A stretch of DNA of 56,613 nt. It comes from a virus (taxonomy: Duplodnaviria > Caudoviricetes). The position numbers and the translations under genes were made by a program. Shown here one piece after another: positions 44,695 through 52,252 of this stretch (its first letter is position 1; each line of letters starts with the position of its first letter). The DNA is taken from IMG/VR virus record IMGVR_UViG_3300037439_000258, positions 1 to 56,613 of that record; one strand, 5' to 3'. The notes beneath the pieces are model-generated. The model had not been told where the DNA came from, did not search any database, and was given only the letters and a program-made list of their open reading frames with translations.

Positions 44695-45433
44695 AAGCCT
44701 TTCCTTCCGCGATCTCGTCAATCGTCCACATGGCGTACGCAAGGCGTTCAAACATCGCCAGCCTGGCGGCGGCGTCCCGGCGGGCTTCCGGGTACCGGTG
44801 CAGCGGCTGCGCGGCCGCCGCGCCAATCCAGCGGTCGAACGCATAGAACACCGGCACGCCGGCGATCAGCGCCAGTAGCGCCGCCCCCGAGTGCCAGGTG
44901 ATGACACACGAGGTCTTCGCCAGGTCGGCCGCCAATGGCACCCGATGCGCCAGCCGATTGCCTGGATGCGCCCGGATGCGCCCGTCGCGAATCTGCAGCA
45001 GGACCGCTTCAGCCCAGTTCCGCGGCGATGCAATGCCGGGCTCGCCGATACCGCGCTGGCCCAGGATCAGCGGCTTGCCGCTGCCATCGCGCCACGGGAG
45101 CAGTTCCGTCCCGATGGTGGCCCACCGCTCGGGCCCGCCAGCCGGCCACTCGCCCGCGCCGACATGGTGCCCCTTGGCCAGCGCGTACCAGTCGCCGCCC
45201 TGCCACCCCTTGCCGAGGTAGCCGTTCTCCGTGACCAGCACTGTCCCGCCAGCCCGTTCGAACAGCTTCGCCTGATCGTGAAGCGCGCCGTAGCGGTTCC
45301 AGATGACCATGACGTCGCCCGGACCCGGATGGGCGATGCTCCTTTCGAGCCGGTAGCCTGCTGCCTGCAGTCCCCGGCAGAACGCATCCCGCCGGTAGTG
45401 GACCGACTCGCGCAGCAGGCAAACGGCGCGCAT
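44675..45433 (-). CDS. capsule-biosynthesis-like (KpsC/KpsS-like) GT-B glycosyltransferase, second copy
   Basis: ENGY, L.LGQ, IR.HP, VITW.S.AA..ALIAGVPV. Confidence 0.65.
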   Translation of the reverse strand: MRAVCLLRESVHYRRDAFCRGLQAAGYRLERSIAHPGPGDVMVIWNRYGALHDQAKLFERAGGTVLVTENGYLGKGWQGGDWYALAKGHHVGAGEWPAGGPERWATIGTELLPWRDGSGKPLILGQRGIGEPGIASPRNWAEAVLLQIRDGRIRAHPGNRLAHRVPLAADLAKTSCVITWHSGAALLALIAGVPVFYAFDRWIGAAAAQPLHRYPEARRDAAARLAMFERLAYAMWTIDEIAEGKAFVALRN

Positions 45434-45879
45434 CAGACAGGATCGACTTCCTGCGTGGCGCCGGTCAGCCGGAAGACGAAGGCCGCAGAGACGATGCCGT
45501 CGACCGCGAAGTTGAACGAGCGCTGCGATACCAGGGCGAGGGAGCGCCAGATCGACCCGTTGGGGAAGGTGATCTCCACCAGACGCGTCAGGCTGTCGGA
45601 TTCCCCTGCACGGATGACCGTGTGCGCGGCGTGACCCTGCACCCAATGCCCGTTGATCGTCATCGAACCGGCGTCCTTCAGGCCGAGGCGAAACTCCTTG
45701 GCCGTCGAGCACAACGTGGTGACGTCGTTCTCGGTCTTGGTGCCACCCTGAACCTGCACCTCGCGACCGATGCAATCGAGCGTCGCCATGGCGGGAGTCG
45801 GGCTCGGCTCCAGTTCGTTGACCTCTGCTTCGCTGATTTTCACGGTCGTGCCCTGCGTCAGAACTACTTCGGAAGCCAT
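45433..45879 (-). CDS. major tail tube protein
   Basis: DVTTL.STAKEF..GL.D.G; strong AAGGA RBS. Confidence 0.85.
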   Translation of the reverse strand: MASEVVLTQGTTVKISEAEVNELEPSPTPAMATLDCIGREVQVQGGTKTENDVTTLCSTAKEFRLGLKDAGSMTINGHWVQGHAAHTVIRAGESDSLTRLVEITFPNGSIWRSLALVSQRSFNFAVDGIVSAAFVFRLTGATQEVDPV

Positions 45880-45899
45880 AGTATTTTCCTTTCTCGGAC

Positions 45900-45922
45900 A
45901 AAAAAAATCCGCCCGAAGGCGG
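45900..45922 (-). terminator. intrinsic terminator-like hairpin upstream of the tail tube gene
   Basis: CCGCC-TTCG-GGCGG-A-T8 on the minus strand. Confidence 0.75.
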
Positions 45923-45949
45923 CACTTGCAAATGCCCGAACGGGCGAAA

Positions 45950-46309
45950 TCAGAACCAGAAGCTGAAGTCCTGGCGCGCGCCGTACGTGCGCGTCATCTC
46001 GTCATGCAGCGCCACCAGGGTTCCCTGCGAAACGCCGCTGATGGGCGGGTCGGTCAGGATCACGGCTGCCGCGCGCATCAGCGTGTTCGCCTCGGTGCGT
46101 CCATCAAAGGCGGCCGTCGCCTTCGCCCAGACCACGAACTGGATCCGGGCGTTTTGCTTGTCCGTGTCCCCGCAGAAGGTGTTCGACGGCACGCCGCCGA
46201 TCTGCTGGTAGATCAGGAATGGCCGCGCGACGCCAGCCGGCACCGTGTCGGGAAACACCTTGCCGTTGAACAGCGCGCTCAGCGCCGCGACGATGGTCGG
46301 CTCGATCAT
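45950..46309 (-). CDS. tail terminator/completion protein (DUF3168-like)
   Basis: VFPD..P.....P...YQ.IGG, R.Q..VWA. Confidence 0.8.
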   Translation of the reverse strand: MIEPTIVAALSALFNGKVFPDTVPAGVARPFLIYQQIGGVPSNTFCGDTDKQNARIQFVVWAKATAAFDGRTEANTLMRAAAVILTDPPISGVSQGTLVALHDEMTRTYGARQDFSFWF

Positions 46310-46854
46310 GTTGCCGCGATCTCCCCGTTCAGTTCACGCAGCCGCTCCGCCATCCGGGTCCGGATCGCCGTGAGCGAGGACTGCGCCCGGGCGTCGAACG
46401 TCGGGCGGATGTACGGCTTCGCGGGCGTCCAGACCGGTTGCGCCAAGGCGCCGGGCAGATCGTGCGCGCCCGGTCCGCGGGCGTTGGGGTTGGACTTGCT
46501 GCGCTGCCAGCGACCGTTGGCGAAGCGGTTGTAGCGCCAGTGTCCGTACTCGACGTTGTGCCAGTGCGGCGCCTTCACCTTGTTCGGGCCGATCATGTAG
46601 ATCTGCTGCGTCGCCTTCGACAGTTTGTCGTCATGCCAGTGATAGATCGACGCGTAGAGGTTGCCGGTCTCCCCGATCGGCACACGCTGGCGCATCTCGT
46701 TGTAAAAGACCGCCGCGCCGGCGTAGGCGCCCGAGCGCAGCACCTTCTCGTAGATGCCCGCCTCCAGCCGCTGCAGGGCATCCTGCACGTTGCTGGTGAT
46801 CTCGACACCGACAAAGCGCGTCGGGTAGAGCTTCAGAGTGCGGCCGCGAGCCAT
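46306..46854 (-). CDS. HK97 gp10-like morphogenesis protein
   Basis: TGNL..SI, HWH.VEYG, PAKPYIRP.FD. Confidence 0.85.
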   Translation of the reverse strand: MARGRTLKLYPTRFVGVEITSNVQDALQRLEAGIYEKVLRSGAYAGAAVFYNEMRQRVPIGETGNLYASIYHWHDDKLSKATQQIYMIGPNKVKAPHWHNVEYGHWRYNRFANGRWQRSKSNPNARGPGAHDLPGALAQPVWTPAKPYIRPTFDARAQSSLTAIRTRMAERLRELNGEIAAT

Positions 46855-47453
46855 TCTTCCTTCTCCGCCGCGAGTGCGGCTTCAAGATTCATCCGCCGGA
46901 AGCACTCAAGAGCGCTGCCGGGCGTGCAATTCACGATGTCGGCCTGCGCAGCGAGGCTCTTGAACCGTCCGATCCAGATCCGGAACGTGTGGGGCGTCGT
47001 ATTGCGCAACGGGCGCTGGTGTTCGCCGAACCAGTGCGCCCCTTTCATGTCGAAGCCGCACAGCAGCACCCGCGCGGCGCCGGCGTGTAGCGCCACGTGC
47101 ACCGCCTGGTACCCGCTATTGCCGCCGGTGCGCAGGCATGCCGGGTCGGGGTCGAACCCCTGCGCGCCGGTCTGCCGCAGGAGCAGGACCCGGTGCTTGC
47201 AGTCCTGCACGGTCACCTTGAGCCCTTCGAAGCGCTGCACTTCCTCAGCGTGCACGTCCCACCACTTCCCATCGGCGGCATAGAGAATGTCCGCCCAGGG
47301 TGCGAGGCGCCAGGTGTCGTTGACAACAATGGTCGGTAGCCGGGCATCTCTGACCTGGTCGGCCACCGCTTGCGACATGCTGGGCCCGCTGGCCAGGACT
47401 GCCACCGTGCGCCCTGGCCACAGTTTCGGTACCGACCACGGCTGGCCCTTCAT
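46833..47453 (-). CDS. Maf/DUF115-like (sialyltransferase-fold) putative glycosyltransferase, copy A
   Basis: VLASGPS, VND, GGNSGYQA...A...GA..VLL.GFD, HWFG.H, NCT. Confidence 0.6.
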   Translation of the reverse strand: MKGQPWSVPKLWPGRTVAVLASGPSMSQAVADQVRDARLPTIVVNDTWRLAPWADILYAADGKWWDVHAEEVQRFEGLKVTVQDCKHRVLLLRQTGAQGFDPDPACLRTGGNSGYQAVHVALHAGAARVLLCGFDMKGAHWFGEHQRPLRNTTPHTFRIWIGRFKSLAAQADIVNCTPGSALECFRRMNLEAALAAEKEEWLAAAL

Positions 47454-47800
47454 CCTTCGCTCGCGCCGGTGGACACGGCCAAGTCCGTGAACTCATTGCC
47501 GGCGTTGTCCGGCAGCACCTCGCGTATATCGAAGATCCGGCCACGGTGGCGCACCCGCATCGCGGAGGTGATATCGGTGCGCTTGCGGATCCGGATGCTG
47601 GTCGTTGCCATCCCGATCTCGGTGCCGCCGGCGAACTGCTCGTTGTTCACGAAGCGCATGCCGGTCACCGTCTTGAACGAGGCCCGCACCGACGCATACG
47701 TGACCCAGCTCTCGGCAGGCTGCCCCCAGTCGTTCTGGCTGAGCTCCTTGCGCTCGATCACGATGCGCTTGTTCAGCGAACCGGCCGGAACCTGGCCCAT
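47450..47800 (-). CDS. head closure protein (SPP1 gp16-like)
   Basis: AG.LN.RI.I, W......A, IRIR, MRV. Confidence 0.85.
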   Translation of the reverse strand: MGQVPAGSLNKRIVIERKELSQNDWGQPAESWVTYASVRASFKTVTGMRFVNNEQFAGGTEIGMATTSIRIRKRTDITSAMRVRHRGRIFDIREVLPDNAGNEFTDLAVSTGASEG

Positions 47801-48411
47801 CAGGCAAGCCCGAGCCGGACCCGATACGGGCGCAGCAACCAGTCCACACTCATGGGCATTTCGAACATCTCGCGATCGCTGACGGCCTCCCGGTTCTTGA
47901 ATAGGTGCGCGAGCATCAGCAGCATCCCGGCGACGATGTCCTGCGGAATGGTCTCGTCGGTATAGCCAGCGGTGAATTCGATCCGGATGCAACCCGACAG
48001 TCCGCTGGTCGTCGGCCACAACTGCCCGGCCTTCAACTGCAGCGTGGCTGGGTTGCGGCTCGACTCCACCCGGTAGACGTCGGTCGACAGCGTCGTCTCC
48101 GTGCCGGCCGGATCGTCGTACTTGATCGAGTCCACGCTCGCCAGCGGCGGCATCGGGAGTTCGTACGGCGCGGAAAAGGCGTCGATCGTCAACCGGTACT
48201 GTGTCCGGGCGAGCGCGATTCCCGTGAACCGCTCCGCATTGCGCCGCACGGCGCTGAGCGCGAACGACTCAAGCCAGTAGTCGTCGTCCGATACCGCCGG
48301 CGATCCTTCGACGTCCAGGTTCAGATGCGCCTGGGCGAGCTCCAGCGATATCGGTTCCACCGTCGGCGGCACGATCACCACAAGGCCCGGCAGGAGCAGC
48401 GGCGTCGTCAT
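47800..48411 (-). CDS. head-tail connector (HK97 gp6-like)
   Basis: EPISL..A..HL, I.F.AGY, AHL..NRE, LL.PYR. Confidence 0.9.
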   Translation of the reverse strand: MTTPLLLPGLVVIVPPTVEPISLELAQAHLNLDVEGSPAVSDDDYWLESFALSAVRRNAERFTGIALARTQYRLTIDAFSAPYELPMPPLASVDSIKYDDPAGTETTLSTDVYRVESSRNPATLQLKAGQLWPTTSGLSGCIRIEFTAGYTDETIPQDIVAGMLLMLAHLFKNREAVSDREMFEMPMSVDWLLRPYRVRLGLA

Positions 48412-49058
48412 GCGCCCACCGTCAATGCAATCTTCATCGTGTCACCGCTCCGGTGGAGTTCAATTTCGTCGTCCAGCCTCGCCGCCTGGAAGGCGTCCAG
48501 CCGGCTGCCCGGCGTGCAGTTCACGATCTCGGCGCCGCGACCCGTCAGCGCGCCGAAGCGGCCGATCCACTGCTTGAACCGGCGCTCATCCGGGTTGCGC
48601 AGCGGCGCCGGGTGCCGGCCGAAGAAGTGGCTGCCGTGCATGTCGTAACCCAGCAGCAGGATCCGGGCGGCGCCGGTGTGAATCGCGATATGCAGCGCGC
48701 CGTACCCTGAATTGCCACCGGTTCTGATGCGGTTCGGCCGGGTGTCGAAACCGATCTGGCCGCTGATCTTGATGAAGGCCACACCCTCGAGGGGCGGGCC
48801 CAACGCCAAGCTCACCTTGGTGCCGGGGAAATCCGCCGCCGCCGCCGCGTGGTGCGCCCACCAGCGGGGATCCATTGCATAGAGCAGCGCCGCCCAAGGC
48901 GCCAGGCGAAATGCGTCGTTGACGGCGATCGCGGGAATCCCTGCATCGCGCACCTGGCCGACGGCCGTTGTCGTCAACCCCGGCCCGCTGGCCAGCACGG
49001 CAATCGTCCGGCCGGGCCAGCAGCGCGGCACTGTCCACCCTGACTTCACCCGCAGCAC
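48408..49058 (-). CDS. Maf/DUF115-like putative glycosyltransferase, copy B
   Basis: VLASGPG, VNDA.RLAPWA, GGNSGY.A, LLLGYDM, HFFG.H, NCTPGS. Confidence 0.6.
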   Translation of the reverse strand: MLRVKSGWTVPRCWPGRTIAVLASGPGLTTTAVGQVRDAGIPAIAVNDAFRLAPWAALLYAMDPRWWAHHAAAAADFPGTKVSLALGPPLEGVAFIKISGQIGFDTRPNRIRTGGNSGYGALHIAIHTGAARILLLGYDMHGSHFFGRHPAPLRNPDERRFKQWIGRFGALTGRGAEIVNCTPGSRLDAFQAARLDDEIELHRSGDTMKIALTVGA

Positions 49059-50387
49059 TCAGTTCGCGATGTGGCCGAACGACGTCAGATCTCGCCCATC
49101 CTTGCCGTTCGTGCCGTTCTTGCCCGCGTCGCCCTTATCGCCTTGCCGCCCGTCGCGACCCGCGCGCACCGCGAGGCGCCAGTCGGGGCTCAGTCCCGGC
49201 TTGCCTTCCGGGTCGTCCTTCTGCGCCATCCACATGCTGTTGCCGAACGACACGACGTTGCCGCACCGGTACTGCTGGTCCGCCTTGAAGATGCCGCGGT
49301 CAAGGAAGACCGGGAATCGCAGCGAGAACTCCTTCTTGAGGTCGCCACGGACGAACCGGAACGTCACATTGCCCTCGCCGTCGTGGGTCAGATCCAGGTC
49401 CTCGAGATCCAGAGCGTCGCGGCCGTCCTTGCCGTTGATCCCGTCCCTGCCGTCCTTCGGCACCGGCATCCGGTCGATCGTGCGCTGCAGGACATCCTGT
49501 GCCCGGCGTTCGAAGTCCAACGCCCAGCGCGCCTGCATCTCCTGCAGAACCGAACCGACGTCATCGATAGTCACGCTGGTGCCGTCCGTGCCATCCTTGC
49601 CGTTCGCCGGCAGCGGCATCGCGTCGATCGCCGCCTGCAGCGTCTTTTGCAGCGCCGGCAGCACATCCTCGGCCGTCACGCTGGTACCGTCCTTCGGCAC
49701 CGGCAGTGCGGCCACGGCTTTCGCCACCTCGGCCCGGATCTGCGCCGGATCCGCGTCCTTGCCATCGGCAGGCACAGGCAGGGCGGCGACCGCCTTGGCC
49801 ACTGCTGCATCGACATACTCGGGACCCGGCGGCCTGGGAATCTCCGCCGCAGCCTTGGCGACCGCCGCCTGCACCATCTCTTCGACGACCACCGGGTCCG
49901 CATCCTTGCCGGCGGCTGGCGACGGAATCTGCGCCACAGCGGCGGCGACCTCCCGCTTGATCACGGGTGCGACGTCATCCACCGTGACGCTCTTGCCGTC
50001 TTCGCCCTTCTTGGGCTCGGGCATCTGCGCGATCGCCTTCTCGACCGCCGCGGCCACCAGGCCCTCGAGCAAACCCTCGTCGATCCGCGCATCCTGGCCG
50101 GAATCGCCCTTGATAGCCTCTCCAGGCTTGCCATGCAGCGAAAGCAACCAGGTATCGACATCGCCGACAAAGCCGCGATCCACCGCGATCTCGTACGCGC
50201 TCAGCCCGGTGACCGACTCGCCGGCATCCCCACGGTCGCCTTTCGGTCCTGGTTCGGCCGGAGCCGCCAGCCGCTCCTCGATCGCCGCCAGGCGCTGGAC
50301 GATTCCCGAGTACGCCGCCTGGACGTGCTCGCGTACGACCTCCGCGACCGCCTTCAGCAGGGCCTTCGCTTCACCCGTAGACAGCAT
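49059..50387 (-). CDS. portal-adjacent repeat / collagen-like protein
   Basis: Repeated P.P.DGKDADP and DG.SVT..DV units; Gly-X-Y runs. Confidence 0.75.
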   Translation of the reverse strand: MLSTGEAKALLKAVAEVVREHVQAAYSGIVQRLAAIEERLAAPAEPGPKGDRGDAGESVTGLSAYEIAVDRGFVGDVDTWLLSLHGKPGEAIKGDSGQDARIDEGLLEGLVAAAVEKAIAQMPEPKKGEDGKSVTVDDVAPVIKREVAAAVAQIPSPAAGKDADPVVVEEMVQAAVAKAAAEIPRPPGPEYVDAAVAKAVAALPVPADGKDADPAQIRAEVAKAVAALPVPKDGTSVTAEDVLPALQKTLQAAIDAMPLPANGKDGTDGTSVTIDDVGSVLQEMQARWALDFERRAQDVLQRTIDRMPVPKDGRDGINGKDGRDALDLEDLDLTHDGEGNVTFRFVRGDLKKEFSLRFPVFLDRGIFKADQQYRCGNVVSFGNSMWMAQKDDPEGKPGLSPDWRLAVRAGRDGRQGDKGDAGKNGTNGKDGRDLTSFGHIAN

Positions 50388-51789
50388 GGCCCAGTTCCTT
50401 TCGTAGCTGCGTCCCGTAGAACGCTTGACGCTCTTCCATCCGGTCCTCGTCGGCTTCCTTGGCAGGATCCGCGTCAGGGGGTGGCAACGCCGGTGGGGTA
50501 GGAGCGGCCGGAAGCGCGAGCGGGTTTTTCTTGTCGCGTTCGTCCAGTGCCGAGAGCGAGTAGTTCTGCTGCTGCATGTAGGGTGTGTTCCCACCCTTGA
50601 CCGGCTTCAAGTTCAGCCAGCGCTTGCGGGCCTCGTTCGGTGCCATTGCACCGGAGTTGATGCCTTCCTTCGCCGCGAGCACGCGCGAGGTCGTGTCCAT
50701 GCGCAGCAGATCCTCGATTTCGAGCTCGGAGCCGAGGACCTTGTCGTTTACCTTGGTCAGGCCCAGCCCCTCGTCCATGTGCGCTTCGAACGATTCGATC
50801 AGGGACTGCAGACAATCGGTGTAGTAAATCTGGTTGAGCACCTCGGCGTTCTGATACGTGGGCGTCGGGCCGATGCCGACCTTGTACGGTGGCACGTGAA
50901 ATGCCGAACACACCTGCTCCGCGGTGAGCTTCAACTGCTCGATCAACTGCGCGTCGACGGCGTTGACACCCATCTGCTCGTACTTTAGGCCGTCGCCGAG
51001 CACCGCAACCTTGCCGACGTTTTCGCCGGTGAAGTTCTTGTCCCAGTAGTCCTTGATCCGCTTGGCAAGATCATCCTCGATGCGCGCAGGCGCCGTAATG
51101 ATGCCGCCGGGACGACTGCCTTCCCTGAAGAACTTCGTGCTGTTTTCCTGAATCGCCAGGCCGTGTGTTGCAGCTAGGCCGCACGCATAGAGCGGCGACA
51201 CCCCCACCAACGGGTGGTGCAGGCAGACCATGGTGTCGTGGATGATCTCGCTTGCCGGCACCGCCATCATGCCGGGCTGCACCTGGGCGAGATAGTCATC
51301 GAGCAACTGGTAGTAGACCGCGCCGTCCGGGGCGATCAGGGGCGTCACCCGCATCGGGTCGAGCACATACATCGCCGTGACGATGCCGCGCGCATCGCGC
51401 TCCTTGAGCACATAGGAGTTGCCATGGATCAGCTTGGACGTCTCGTACTGTTCGACGAATTTCTGTCGCGTCTGGTAGCGGTTGGGCTTGCGCAGGACCG
51501 GCCAGAACGGTGAGTTCCCGGCGACCTCGTCCCATATCCCATCCTTATCCTTCTCGACCAGCTTCAGGCGCAACTTGCCGATGTCGCTGGCGATCAGCGT
51601 GATGCAGGCGTAGACCGCGAAGAACGTCAGGACGTTGTCCCGCCGGATCTCCACGTTGCGCTGCCAGGCGCCTCCCCACGCTTCGTGGATCGCCGTGAAC
51701 CACCCGGACCGGGGCGCAACCGGGGTCAGCGACGTGACCGCCTTCTCGACACGCTTCGATCGGGTGATCTCCAGGCCGAACAGGCGCAC
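50371..51789 (-). CDS. portal protein (HK97 family)
   Basis: VYAC...IA.DI, PN.YQT, HGN.YV, GVSP, F..G..PGG, PNEAR. Confidence 0.95.
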   Translation of the reverse strand: MRLFGLEITRSKRVEKAVTSLTPVAPRSGWFTAIHEAWGGAWQRNVEIRRDNVLTFFAVYACITLIASDIGKLRLKLVEKDKDGIWDEVAGNSPFWPVLRKPNRYQTRQKFVEQYETSKLIHGNSYVLKERDARGIVTAMYVLDPMRVTPLIAPDGAVYYQLLDDYLAQVQPGMMAVPASEIIHDTMVCLHHPLVGVSPLYACGLAATHGLAIQENSTKFFREGSRPGGIITAPARIEDDLAKRIKDYWDKNFTGENVGKVAVLGDGLKYEQMGVNAVDAQLIEQLKLTAEQVCSAFHVPPYKVGIGPTPTYQNAEVLNQIYYTDCLQSLIESFEAHMDEGLGLTKVNDKVLGSELEIEDLLRMDTTSRVLAAKEGINSGAMAPNEARKRWLNLKPVKGGNTPYMQQQNYSLSALDERDKKNPLALPAAPTPPALPPPDADPAKEADEDRMEERQAFYGTQLRKELGHAVYG

Positions 51790-51792
51790 GCC

Positions 51793-52173
51793 TTATTCCT
51801 CCGCGCGGAGGTCGCGCCGACTGTAGGTGCCGCTGGTGACGGCACCGGACTCGGTCGGCGACGGTGCTTCTGCGGGCGGCGGGTTTTCGACCGGCTGGAT
51901 TTCTGTCGGGGCCGGGGCAGCGCCTGGCTCTGCTGCCGGCGTCGCAGCGGCTTGCATCGCCCGGGACACGGGTGAGCGGCGGCGGGTTGGCGCAGGCGGT
52001 GGCGTTGCAACGACAGGCGGCGGCGGTGGTGCTGGCGCAGGCTCGACGTAGTGATCGGCCTTGTGCAGGAGCACGAAAATCTTGGCATCGCGCGGATGGG
52101 CCTTGAACGGCTCGCCGGCTTTGACCCGCTTGCCGCCGTAGGATAGGTTCGTGTTCGCGCGAAGTTTGATCAT
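51793..52173 (-). CDS. small head-associated protein with a Pro/Ser/Thr-rich linker
   Basis: GGAG RBS; ends YSRRDLRAE. Confidence 0.65.
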   Translation of the reverse strand: MIKLRANTNLSYGGKRVKAGEPFKAHPRDAKIFVLLHKADHYVEPAPAPPPPPVVATPPPAPTRRRSPVSRAMQAAATPAAEPGAAPAPTEIQPVENPPPAEAPSPTESGAVTSGTYSRRDLRAEE

Positions 52174-52252
52174 GGGGGTACTCCGGTAAATGAGGCGACC
52201 CGGCGAACCGAGCCGCCTCCTCAACGATGGACCAGGGCAGGGCCGAAGCCTC

